From NCBI GenBank assembly GCA_002104945.1, contig MCFH01000021.1, positions 186,001 to 250,000 of the forward strand: a stretch of DNA of 64,000 nucleotides, written 5' to 3'. Below the pieces are notes generated by a model. That model ran no database searches and was not told the origin of the DNA. It was given only the letters and a program-made list of their open reading frames with translations. This DNA is from Piromyces finnis finn. Lineage: Eukaryota; Fungi; Neocallimastigomycota. Positions 50,572 to 64,000 of the stretch are shown here, piece after piece. Made by a program: the position numbers and the translations under genes. Positions within the stretch are counted from its first letter, which is position 1; every line of letters begins with the position of its first letter.

Positions 50572-53338
50572 ATAATTAATAAAAAATAAATAAATATATA
50601 AAAATATCAAGGATTCATTTATGGAGTTAAACGCATCTGAAGAAAAAAAGGATAATAAAAAGAAATCAAGATATGCTGGTTCGGTTAGTTCATTTGGTGT
50701 GTCTGTTGCTGGAGGATCATCTTTTGGTGCTGATACAGAATCAAAGAGAAAAAAAATATTAAAGTATAATATATTTAATTTTAATTTAAAAAATATTAAA
50801 ATTTATAATAATAAATATATAAATGTTATTAATAAAATTTTATATATCTATATTTAATAAGAAAAAACATGATTCATACTTTTACAGATAAAAGCAGAAA
50901 AATCTCTAAATTCATTATTAGTATGATAAGTATAATATTTATACTTTTTATTGTAAGGTATTTATTATATAAATTCCAAAATTTGTTAATATTATTGATA
51001 ATTAATAACGAATAATGAATATTTCATGTTATTCATAGTTCATTCTATGGAATAATCCATATTTCAAATTTTAATAAAGAAATCAAAAATATTCAAATAA
51101 TTGAAGATATAAATTTCAGTGTTCATAGACTTATGAGATTTACAAGATTGTATGGCTTTTCTTTACTTTTAAAATCTGAGGATGAATATCAAAATAATAT
51201 TCAACAGATTGAAAGTACATTAGATGTAATGGAGGATAGTTATCTTCCAATTTTGAAAAGATATTCCCTTAAACCACCTTCTAATAATCCAATTATTATG
51301 TATAGTGTTGATAATAATAGTGGAAAAACAGAAAGTAAATATGTTCACTTAAATGGATACGAATTAATGAGAAAAATTATTGTTTGGGGAAGAGGTATTG
51401 CACAAACATCAATAGATGAATGGAATCAAAGAATAGATAGTGGTGAAAATATTTTATTGGATTACAAATTTAGGTAGATATATTAAATAAATATTTTATT
51501 AAATAAAAAACACTAATTAATTTATATTTTAAATAAATTATATAAGAACATTGGAAAGTAATGAAAATTTAAATTTATATATAATAAAGAAATGTAAATA
51601 GTATAGATATTTACTATTAAAATAATATATAATATAAAATAGATAATTATCAAGAATACTTTTATAACGTATTTAAAGAAACTATGGATGATATTTATAA
51701 TGATAAAATCTCGAGTCAGAATAATCAAATATATGTTATTTATGTTTTAACAGGATTCTTAATTATTCTATCTTTAATTGTAAACTTTTTAGGTATAAAT
51801 ATATTTAAAATAATTTAATTTAAAAGTCTTTCATTATATCTATATTATTGTTAATAAATCATAAATATTATTTAGGAATAACACCATTATATAACAATAA
51901 TAAAAATCTACATAAGAAAACATTAACGATGTTTAAATATTTATCAAAAAGTAACAAAATATTATCATTTAATTATATAATGAAAATTTTACACATCGTT
52001 TTAATATATAATTAATTCACCAAATTAAACAGGTTCATTAAATGATATTATATCGAAGTTTGAAGATGGAATTGAATCAATATCGGAAATGTTTGATATT
52101 GACTTTGACAATAAAAAAAAAAAGACTGATTCATGGAAAATTGCAGTATTTATACAAAATATTAATAAATATAAAGGATTTATAATTAATATATTATTAC
52201 TTGGCTCAACTTTACTTTTATCTCTACCAATTATTGTAAGAAATATAAATAAATAAATAGATGAAAGATGAAAGAAAATATAATTAATTTATTATAATAT
52301 ATTTATTATAATATATATTAAATTCAAGAGTAAAGATGAATCCATTATTAATAATTTAAATTACAATCTTTCTGTGGTAAATTATACTATTCTTATTAAT
52401 GAATTAATAATCAAACAATAATTAATAATATTATTTTAATAGGGTGATAGAAAAGTAATGGCTTTAAATATAAATGTATATCAATATGAAACCTTATTAA
52501 GAGATATAAAATTATTCACTCCGGGTACAGCTGAATCATTTTTAAATAAAGAGATAAATAAACTTGAGGTAATAATAAATAAGTTAGTAATTGTTAATTT
52601 CAATATATAATACTTATAATATAATATTATTAAATGATCAATGATAAAAAGAATATTCAATTAATGATATATTCAGGTCAGTTAGGAATGACATCAACAA
52701 CAAAGATGAGATATCTTGATTCAATTTTAATAGATCAAAAATGTAGATTGGATGATGATATTTGCGAATCATTAGAAGAATCAATTATAATAGGTATATA
52801 TATAAATATTAAATTTATTGTTTTGAATTATATTAAATTAATTCTTTTAAATATGTAAGATGTTACCAAGACTGTAGTGAAATTTGGATTAAACGAATTA
52901 ATTGAAGAATATATAGATAAAGCAAAATCAACATTACATAAATCACAGATAAGAGATATCAAAAATGAAGAAAATATTTATGGATCAATTGCTACATTAA
53001 ATAATGAATTTTTATTAGAGTGTTTTGGAAATGCTAATTTTCTTTTCCAGCATAAAGTTATAGATCATCTTATTGCCGGTTTAATTAAATTTGATAATAT
53101 TTTGTATGAAAATCTATTTCAATCAATGAAAACTACTTTATACAATTTAATTCTAATTATAATATGTGGTATTATTCTTATAATTTTATCGTTAATAATA
53201 TCTTTAAGAGCAATAAGAAAAACATCGGAAACATTAAATGAATTAGTAAATATGATATTTGTTGTACCAACAAGTTCAGTTAATATGATACCTCAATTTA
53301 AAAGATTTATAGAAACAGGAAGTTTTGAAGAAGAATAA
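46591..53338 (+). CDS. Large multi-exon polytopic membrane protein resembling the TmcB/TmcC (tiny macrocysts) family
   Basis: N-terminal multi-TM exons; NELELACRFIR; helical repeat ...LYQNLISKYPDEKSTYQLYTLFMTEI; acidic linker; S-rich linker then TM-ectodomain-TM modules ending ELVNMIFVVP..IPQFKRFIETGSFEE*. Exon boundaries are only partly resolved; no PAS domain recognised. Confidence 0.6.
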
Positions 53339-53515
53339 ATAAAAACTTTAATAATAATAATAATAATGAATTACATATTGTAAAAATAAATTCTAGTATA
53401 ATTGTATATATGTATTAATATTTTTATATTTTTTAAAATCTATGTAATAAAACATTTTATAAATAAAAAGTAAAAAAAAATTTAAATACCAAAATTTAAA
53501 TAAAAACATTTTACA

Positions 53516-53570
53516 ATAATATAATATAATATAATATAATATAATATAATATAATATAATATAATATAAT
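53516..53570. repeat. (ATAAT)11 microsatellite
   Basis: Direct reading of the sequence. Confidence 0.99.
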
Positions 53571-54241
53571 GTTTATTATTGAAAATATATTTAAAAATAA
53601 AGAAATGATGATTTAGTACTTATCCTAGATTTTTGACGGATTTAGCCAGAAATTTTATCCAGGATTTTGTCAAATATACGTTAAAAATTTATGTATATAT
53701 TCTTATATTATTAAAAGGATTCTAATTATTCGTGATTTTATTATTCAGTGATCAATTTATTTAGTATTAAAATCACAATTTCTAAAATATAAAGTCAAAA
53801 TTCTTATATATATATTTAATTAATAATAAAAATGAATTTCTTTCATATAATATGAATAATTAAATACTTATTCATATTACATATAGTTTTGTAATATTTA
53901 TGATAAAAATAGTTTTAGGGTTATTTTTTAATTTCTTTATTTATAGTTTTTATATTTTATAAATACTATTAGGAAAAAACAATTAAAAAAATATACAAAA
54001 AATTAATATATTACTTTTTTTTGCATAATAATAAATAAGTTTTTTATTGAATAAATAATTACTTTGATCATATTTAATTTAGTACTGTATTATTGTATTG
54101 TTAATATTTTATATTTATATTTATATAATTAAAATATGTAATTTTATTAACTTTTAGATAAAAAGGAATATGCCAATTTAAATTAATTTAATTATATAAC
54201 TATTTTGTTTACAATTCTTTATATATATCCCTTTTTTGTTA

Positions 54242-56304
54242 TTATACATAAGTACTTCCATTATGATAATTTTTTATTTTTTCTTTAATATCATTAAACT
54301 TATTTTGTTTATTTTCATTACTTATAATGTTGTTATAATTAATGTTATTATCCGAAAATTTACTCGATTTATCAATAGGATCGAGAATGTCTTGAATTTT
54401 TTCTTTATCATATCCTCTATTAAAAACAGCATACTTTTTAATGTTTATATTATTTACTTCATAATATCTAGATGGAATAAAGAATTTACTTAAGAAATTT
54501 ATGAAAAAGTTTAATACACAATATGTGTAAATAATGATATTTCTAGTTGTATAATATATACTCAAATCATTAATATCAATAAATAATACAATAATAAAAG
54601 ATAAAAAGCATATGAATGTTAAAATTTGCGAATGAACTAACATTCTTATATCAAGTTTCAAATATACATCATTCCATTCAATATATATTAAAATACATTC
54701 TATTATAAATATTAAGGCTTTATATAATATTATTATAAAGAGTACTAATTTACTCCAGGATGCTTCAAATTGACATTTTTGAAAATTAATACCATTAGTA
54801 TTATAAAAAATTATATTTTTATATGATACTGCTAAGAAGGAAGTACATAATCCTATATCTAACCAAATAATACAACTTACTAATATTGAAAAATATTTCT
54901 TTGCATATATAATTAAATTTGATCTACATGGATAATTAGAAAGTAATTTTAGGCATTGAAGTGTTGTTGTTAATGAAAAACCTACTGTTAATAAAATTGT
55001 TTTAATATTACATTTAAAAAGTGACATTGGTCCAATATTTGAATAAAGGTAACTCAACATTAAACATATCCCAGTAATATATACAAACCAATAAGATTTT
55101 GATAAAAATATGAATTTTTTTCCATACTTAAAGTTATATATTGCATTATAAATTAAAAATATTAATAATATTGTTATTGTTGTTCCCCACACTGAAAATA
55201 AACCCAATCTTGATGAGTTTTCAATATAATATTCTTTTGCTATATCTTCTATATTTCCCAAAGTTTCACTTGATTTAATATCATACATATTATTAGTTTT
55301 ATTATATAAAAAATCTGCTATATATTTTCTAAATTCATTAGAATACTTCTCATAATTATCCAATATAGTATATGGTCTAACAATTGGTTGGGAATTTCTA
55401 TATATATTGCATATAATATTGTTATTATTACAAAATACTTGATCATCATATATGGTTTTCATTCCACTAATTTTTCCAAAACTAAAAATATAATCCATTT
55501 GTGTTTCTTTTGAAGTAAAATATTCAATAACTTTTATGGCAGCTAGTTTATTTTCTTTATTAATATATTTATTAATTCCGATATTATTTCCATTTAATGT
55601 TGATCCTGAAATATTTTCATTATATCCTGGTAAAATGCTTATATAGTATTTATCTTCTAATTCTTTATTATACCAATTTTTGCTAAATATTATAGTGTTA
55701 TTATTCATATATTCAAACAATTCCCTTGAGTTTAACTTATAAATTTCGTCTATTATTTTATTTTCAAAAGATTATATATATAATATATAATTAATGTTAT
55801 ATATATCAATTATAAATTAGTATATAAAAATTTGTAATACCTGTAGATAAATTTTTTTTCAAATAATAAATTTTATCCATGGCTTTTATTGCGTCTTGAC
55901 TTCTATAGTTGGGAATCGTATCATTTATATTATTTCTATATGAATATATAAATTCATATACTGAACATAAGCAGGATTCATCATTTACTATTGTTATATA
56001 TATTTATTTATTAGATTTTAGGTAATTAAAATATATTTTTTAAAAAAATTAATATAATGTACATGGCATTAATCCTGCATATCCAATAATGTTATCATTA
56101 GCATCTTTTTCATTTTTAATTATATCTTGTGCCGTATTAATTAATGCTTCCCAAGTTAATGGTAGTTTTTTATTATATTTATTTAACAATTCTTTATTTG
56201 AATAAAGAACACTATAGTTAATATATAATGGCTTGATAATATATATAATTTTATTTTTTAGTTAAGATATTTGAATGAAAAATTTCATATATTGATTAAT
56301 CAAT

Positions 56305-56338
<34 letters not shown>

Positions 56339-56848
56339 CTTAAATATATATTTACAAATGAATATATATGACTATTATAAATATTTGTTTGTTTTCCAGT
56401 TTCCGTTAAATAACTATTTAAATGTTCATATGAAAAATATAATCTTAAGTTCTGTAAATAATTCGAATAGTGTTTTAAATAAACATGATTAAATATAAAT
56501 AAATCTATATCGACATTTTTATTTTTAAAGCTTTTCTCTAGATATAAATTATAATCTTCAACATTATTAGAGCTTGAATATGGTTTACTTATCAATTGAA
56601 TATCCCAATTATTTTTTTCTGACTCTATATTAAATTTTTTAATAATATCTATTAAATATCCATCATTATCCTCTTCATTTTGAAGGTATATTAAATTTAA
56701 TTTTATTGAATAACATATTTCTTAAAAATTAAATTTATATGAAATATATTAGTTTTTTTTTTGTTCAGTTTAATTATTTATATATATAATTTGTTAAATT
56801 AATATTACCTATTATGTAAAAAAAAGGCAATAAATTTAACATAATCAT
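54242..56848 (-). CDS. Solute-binding-protein (PBP2, sugar-binding type) / class-C-like 7TM receptor fusion, paralogue 1
   Basis: Signal-peptide exon; PLYINYSVLYSNKELLNKY..LPLTWEALI; LPGYNENISGSTLNGNNIG; TM3 CNIKTILLTVGFSL; ECL2 Cys; EWN..DIR. Confidence 0.85.
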
Positions 56849-57456
56849 TTTTACTATTTAAATTATATATAAGATTTAATAATGTTCTTAAGCTGAAGCA
56901 TTGCAAAGAAATATACAAATTTTTTATAGATTTTTAATTTTAGTAATCTATTTTCAAATGATATAAATATAGTAATAAGTAATAATAATATAGTGCTTAA
57001 CTTTTAATAAGCATATTAAAATTAAGAATATCTTTTTATAAAATTATTTTTTATGCATAAATTTCATTAATATTTTAACTTTATAATATTTGTATTATTA
57101 AATATTTTAAATGTAAATAAACTATTAAAAATCAAATTATTTAATAAAAGTTTTTAAATATTTTAACCTTTAAAATACATAATTTAAAAGTTTAACATAA
57201 ACATGTTAAAAAAATGTTAAAAATATAAATTTCCTGGTATTAAAAATAAGCTTTGAAATTTAATAAGTAATTAATAAGTATTAATATTTCATCAAAAATT
57301 ATTTTTTTTAAGATTAAGGTTTTAACTTTACAGTTTATCAATTTTTAGTTTTATGGATATTTTATATATAAATACATAAATACATAAAATATTAATACTT
57401 TTCAAAATATTTTAAAGATAAATATTAAATATTAAATATATATATTTAATATTAAA

Positions 57457-60074
57457 ATGTTAATAATATATATCAATTTTATAGTGTTCCTGCTTTCAAA
57501 TATATGTAATATATTATGAGAATATTATAATATTATAATTATATGAAGCAATAAATATAAATATTTATATTTAAATAAATATTTTTCAATATAAATTATG
57601 AAATAAAGGTAATGCAAAAGAAATAGAATTAAATGCAATTGCATATTCTTATTTGGAAAGTAATAATCTTTACCCTACATTAATAAAAGATTTCAATGAT
57701 TATTCAAAGAAAAATGGTTTAAATATTAAAGTGAATTTAAATCTTTTTACAAGAATAAATGCAACAGCTTCTATTGATGATTATGGATCCGTAATTGATG
57801 CTCTTCTTAAAAAAAAAGATAAAAAATATGATATCTATTTTTATGATTGCGTATTTTCAAATAGATTAGGGAGTCATTTTTTAGATTTGAAAAAGGAACT
57901 ACAGGAAGAACATATTGAGATGTATAATCAAGAGATAATATCACAATCTTGTATGGTGGATAATAGATTAGTTGGATTAGTAAATATAAAACATTAAATT
58001 CTTCATATGTTGAAATGTCTTTAATATTAAAATAATTTAAAATACAAAAAATTAAAATATAGCCTCTGTATTGTGATTTTGGAATCATGTATTCAAACAT
58101 TGATTTATTACATAAGTATAACAAAGAAATTCCACAAACATGGGAAGAATTATATGAAACTGGCTATGAGGTAATGAAAGGTGAAAGTAATAATGATTCG
58201 GATCTAATTATATTTAATGGGCTTGGTGCAGGTTAATATTTATATAGATTAAAGAAAAAAAACATACTTCTTCATTAAATTAAGGTTCAAAATAATATTT
58301 TTATATTGTGTAGATGATGAAATAGGAACATGTTTTATTTATGAGTTATTATATTCATTTAGAGATTCAAAAAACTCAACTTTACCAGATTTTTCAAGTA
58401 AGGAATCTCTTGACGCCTTTAACATGATAAGTAAACTAAAAACATTATTAAATGGTATTTATTTTTTATATTAGATTTCTATTAAATTGTTATTATTATA
58501 TTAATGAGATTAATTTTTATTTTTGTTTTATTAAACATTATAAATATATAGACTATACATCATCTGATATAACAATAGTTAATAGTCTTTATAGTGGAAA
58601 TTCATTATTTTTAAGATATTGGTATATGCCTGACATTCCATTTTATACAATTTCAAGATTACCAGGAAAAAATAAGGATGTTTCAGGATCTATAATAGGA
58701 GGTTATAATATTGGAATATCAAAATATTCACCAAAAGATCACCAAGATTCATCAATAATTGTATTAAAGTATTTTACTTCAAAAGATATTCAGAGAAAAT
58801 TATCGAAAGATAAAAAATTAATTTCAGCAATTTTTAGTTTATACGATGAAGAAGAAGTATGTAAGGACATAGATTGTAAATTAATTAAAAGTCTACAACC
58901 GATTGGAAGATCTTCATCTAAAAAACTTGATTATATTAGTTATTCAGAACAGATAAGAAATTATTTTCATGATTACATTAATGGAAATATTTCAGCTTTG
59001 GAGGCATTAGAAAAAATGAAAGATATAACGAAAATATATTATATAACCATAAAATCACATGATTCATATGTTGGTTTAATAAACGAAATAATTATATTAA
59101 CAATATCATGTACTATGGGACTTTCACTAATATTTTTATATATTGATAGAGTTAATTCATATTTTTCCATATTACCAATAGAATCATGGTTCATATCAGT
59201 TATTGGAACAATAATTATTATTTTTACGAGTTATTCTGAAGTTGGGGAAATAACAGTATGGAAATGTCACTCAAAATTAATATTACTATCCATTGGATTT
59301 ACATTTAATTTAATTCCTTTACTTTATAAATTAATTATAAATTTCCCGGAAGAGAATAAAATTTCAAATTGGGTTAAAAAAAACCCAATTATCTTTTTTT
59401 TAATATTTGTTATTGTTGATATCATACAATTTTCATTGTCTTTTATTAAACCATATATTACCGAGGACAAAATAATTTCAGATAACAAGAACTTTTGTAT
59501 ATGTAAAGTCGATCACTTATTAACAGGGATAATAGTAGGTTCAATACTCTTTGTTAAAATTTTAATAATTTTAACATTCTTATTTCTTATTTTTATTGAA
59601 TGGAATATCCAAGAATCACGTTATGATTTAAGATTTTTGATTGCAGCTATTTATATTGATATGTTGTTTATTATATTACTTATAGTAATACATTATATTG
59701 ATATAAATGATTACATTATATATTTTGTAATACGTGACTTTTTATATATATTTATAGCAATATCAAATTATTCTTTAATATATGGCTATAAAGTAATACT
59801 TGGAATACTTCATAACAATGAAAATAAAAAATCTTCGTTTATTGAAAAAGTTAATAAAAATTTCATTAATACTTTTAATAGTACAACCGAAAAAGAAATG
59901 TGTTCTAAAGTTTCAACTTTATCTCCTAGCACTGAAGAAAAAAGTAATGATACAATTTTTAATAAACAAAATCTTCAAACAAAATTAATAAATTATCATT
60001 ATCGTCAATATTCTAATTCTACGGATAATTTTCCATCAATATTAACAACAGATAATTATTCCATTGATAATTAA
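57457..60074 (+). CDS. Solute-binding-protein / class-C-like 7TM receptor fusion, paralogue 2, 5 exons
   Basis: MLIIYINFIVFLLSNI|CNAKEIELNAIAYS; FNDYSKKNGLNIKVNL; YDIYFYD; VGL|PLYCDFGIMYSN..KEIPQTWEEL; LPGKNKDVSGSIIGGYNIGISKY; seven hydrophobic segments in 58452..60074. Confidence 0.9.
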
Positions 60075-61413
60075 AAAAAATTTTTTATATAATTTAAAAA
60101 TTTTTTTTTTTTAAATTATGTATTTTATATAAATGTATAAATAATTACAAACAAGTTTTTTTGTAGATAAATTAAAAAAAAAAAAAAAAGCTTCATCATT
60201 TTTCACATATATTTTCATCATAATTAAATAATATTATTAAAATAAATAATAATAAATAATTTTATATAGATATTTCAATTTCAATATATGTAATATTGTC
60301 TTTTAAGTATTTATTAAGTATTTATAACTTCAATTATTTGAATTTAAATTAATTCATTTAACTATAAAAACTCAAAGAAAAATAAAAATATATTATTATT
60401 AAATTTATACGTTTTAAATCTAAGTTTTTTTTAGAACCATAAAATGTTTTTTTTATGGGGGTTGAGAAATTCATTATTCCATTTTAAAAATTTTTAAATA
60501 TTTTTTATTATTTATTATATATATTATAATTATAATATAAAAAAAAGATTTATATAAATATTTGAAATTATAAAAGCTAAAATCAATATTAAGAAAACTA
60601 ATTAAATCTATAATTAAAAAAATATTTTTATTGTATTACTGAAACTTAAAATTTTTTATATTATTAATAATAAATGTTTATGTTAAATGGTGTAACTAAA
60701 ATAGTTATATATAAGTACTTTTCGATATGTTAAATGTTTTTTTTTGATACTTCCTTAATTATATAAAATTTAAATCAATATTATTTTTGATGCAAATTTA
60801 AAAGGTTTTATTATTGCTTTTTCCCATATTATTTCATCTAATCCAACAAATGAAAAAAAAAGAGTAATTTTTATATCGTTTATTTAATAAATTATAATTT
60901 TTTTAAATATATAATATATATAATACTTAATTCTTCTTTTCTTTTTAATTTTTAAAATACATGATTGATGGCTACTTTTTTTTTTTTCATTTTTTAATAG
61001 TTTATTAATATATACAATTTACTTTATTATTTAAAACAATTTACTTTTATACTGTATTGGTGAATATGATGCTACAAAATTTATATTTTATTAACTTCTT
61101 TTTGGAATGGTATAAATTAAGATAGGAATAAAAATAACTTTTTTATATATATCTACAGATTTAATTATATCTATATATTTAAAAAAATATTAATTAAATC
61201 AACCCAATAATTTGATTTTTCTTTCTTTCTTTCTTTCTTTTTTTTTAATTATTATTATTATCTCTATCTCTTTTTTTATAATAATTAAACTTTAACATAA
61301 AATATTATTTTTAATGTTTAATTCCTTTTTTTTTTTACTCTTTGTTTTTCAATTTTAATTTTTCAATTTAATCATTGGAATTAAATTGAAAAATAGGATT
61401 AAATAAATATATA

Positions 61414-64000
61414 TTATACAAAATTATTTGTTAGCATATTTTGACTTTGATTATATTCTGGTTGAATATTTGTATAAGATGAAGAGAGTCTAAATAATAC
61501 ATTATTATTTTTTCTATAATGATAATTTAACATATCATTTGGCATTGATATATCACTTGAATTTCCAAAGTAGTTAATATTATTATTTGGAAAACTGCTT
61601 AACTTTCCAGTTGAATTATAATAATAAATATTATCGTTACTAGAATTATTTTTTTCAAAACTATCAGTATATAAATTATTATTATTTTCCATGTTGTGAG
61701 CTTTAAATATTCTGTAAGCATATAATAGTGAGTAATTAGTAAGAGCAAAAAGAATAAAAATAAAAGCTGGTATACTATAGAAAACAATATAATTGTTTAT
61801 ATCAATAAAGCTTGCAAGCAATAATACACCAATAGAAACAATATCCATATATATTGCAGCAGATAAGAATCTAATATCACTACGAATATTTTCTATGTTC
61901 CACTCAACAAAAATAAAGAACAATATACATATAATAGTACTAATTTTTATTGCTAATAATAAACCCAGTAAAAGTTTTCCATATTTTGTTATTCTGCACA
62001 TCTTAAAGTTTTGCCCATGATCAACTAATTTTTCGTCTAATATAAATGCAGAATCAAAAGGTAAACTGTTTAGTAAAATATCATATAATAAAAATAAAAA
62101 AATGAAAAGATATTTTTTTTTATTTATAAATTGAGATATATCATTTCTTTCTGGGAAATTTACTATTAATTTATAAAACACTGGTATTATACTAAGTGTG
62201 AATCCCACTGATAAAAGTAATACTTGAAGTTGACATTTTAAAGTTGTCATTTCACCTAATACTGTTAAACAAGTACTCATAGTCAAAATTGAACCAATGA
62301 TAATAAATATCCAGAGATCATTTGATAAAAAAATAAAGAAAGGTTTGTATTTATCAATTATAAGAAAAGTTAGTGAAAGAAGCATGATAATAGAAAGAAA
62401 TATAAATGTAACAAAAATGATGGTGCCAATAGGTGTGCTTTCATTACTTATTGGAAGATGATAAAATCTAGTAATATCGTCAATATTCTTTAATACTTCT
62501 TTTGGTGATTTATCACCATACAAATATTCGTATATATAATTTCTAAATTTTTCAGAATATCCATTGTAATCTTTTGTTTTATTGGTAGGTCTGGCAGTCA
62601 ACTGTACACTTTTAAGTAAAGAACAATTTATTGCAGCACAAACCTCTGGATCATCATATAAATCAGATATACCTGAAAATAATTGATTATTAATAATTAA
62701 ATCTTTTTGAATTTTTTTGGAAGTAATATACTGTAATGCAATTAACGCTGACTTTAATTTTCTATCATCAATGTAGGTGCTTATACCTAAATTTGGACCA
62801 CCTATTGCTGAACCAGAAACACCTTCAACTCTTCCAGGTAATGCCGTTATATTAAGACCAGTAATAGATGACAAATACCAATATTTAATAAATAAAAAAT
62901 TTCCTTTTTTTTCATTTAATAATTGTGTTAAACTGATATCATCAGAACTTCTAAATATTGATTCTTTATTATTTAATATAAGATATAACAATATATATAT
63001 ATTTATGTATTAATGATATTTATTATTATTATTACTATAATTATGATTATAATTGTGATTATTTAATTTTAATTTATTTTTAGTTTAATTATTGTAGTAG
63101 CAGTATTCTTATTTTTTTCTTAATACCTGCATTAAGTTCTTCTTTCATTTTTTTCATCATTTTTAATGCTTCAATAGCTTCATTACTAGTTATTTCTGGG
63201 AATGGTGCATCTGATGAATTTCTATATGAGAAAATATATTCGTATAATGAACAAGTTCCTACTTCGTAGGCTAATATATAAATCATTTAATTTTTTATGA
63301 AAATGTTTAAATAATAATATATAAATAAGAAATAAACTTTATAAATTATTTTTATTAATTTATAAAGTACTACTAAAATAAGAATAAAAAAATTATAATA
63401 GTTTTAATGATTATTTCATTCAATAAATTGTTACTTACAATTAAATAATCCATTATAAACTATTATATTTTTATTTCCTTTGCTTCTTTCTTTTTCCATT
63501 ACATATTTACATGTGTTTAATAAACCATCCCATGTTTTTGGTATTGTTATGTTATATTTTTTTAAGAAAACCGGATTTGAATATAAAACACTAAAATCTA
63601 TAGTAATTGGCTATCAAAAACGAATATTAATATAGATAAATAATAATAGTTTATAGTTTTAGATAGAAATATTTATATACTATTTCCAAAAACCATATTA
63701 TAAATAAAATAAAATAGAATAAAAATATATTTATATATATAGTTACAAGTCCAACCCATTTTTTATCTTTATAAACGCATGATTGTGATGCAATTCCAGA
63801 TTCATACATAGCTATGTGATTTTTAGGTAACCATTCCTTCAAGTTTAATAAATAAGGTCCAAACTTTGTTGTATAAATATTATCATAAAAATACAAGTCA
63901 TATTTATTTGGTTGTTTCTGAATAAGAGAATCTATTAATGATTCATAATCTACTACTAATGATGTTGAATTTTGATCTGTATATAAATCTAAATGAATAG
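61414..64000 (-). CDS. Solute-binding-protein / class-C-like 7TM receptor fusion, paralogue 3 (5' end beyond the window)
   Basis: YDMYFYDNIY..LLNLKEWLP; VGL|PITIDFSVLYSN..IPKTWDGL; LPGRVEGVSGSAIGGPNLGIS; TM3 CQLQVLLLSVGFTL; EWNIENIRSDIRFL. Confidence 0.9.

Noticed and set aside
54242-64000. Bacterial contamination (ABC sugar-binding proteins)
   Set aside because: SBP domains are interrupted by GT-AG introns and fused to 7TM domains, with host-like AT content.

Overview
Extremely AT-rich, intron-rich eukaryotic DNA, almost certainly from an anaerobic gut fungus (Neocallimastigomycota): it carries fungal dockerin (CBM10-type) motifs, solute-binding-protein/7TM receptor fusions, a ciliary-type centrin and an alpha-aminoadipate-pathway gene. 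Layout from left to right: (1) the 5' ~3.5 kb of an APE-type LINE on the minus strand, with a tandem array of structured 124-bp monomers at its 5' end, inserted into a relic of an older related LINE; (2) a housekeeping block (threonine aldolase, FAX/metaxin-like GST-fold protein, centrin, divergent PTH2-like protein, UBR7, SRR1, homoisocitrate dehydrogenase); (3) a second, full-length copy of the same LINE on the plus strand (12-bp TSD, poly(A), single long frame RRM-like/low-complexity/APE/RT/CCHC broken by one TAA); (4) a Sel1-repeat gene and tRNA-Thr(CGT); (5) directly upstream of the tRNA, a ~6.5-kb cluster of a ~1.9-kb non-coding element with Helitron-like ends (direct, tandem and inverted copies); (6) a decayed PI-PLC/dockerin/beta-trefoil gene; (7) a nucleotide-sugar transporter, a TmcB-like membrane protein and three tandem solute-binding-protein/class-C-like 7TM receptor genes. 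All gene models were spliced by eye (GT-AG), and family assignments come from recognised motifs, not database searches.
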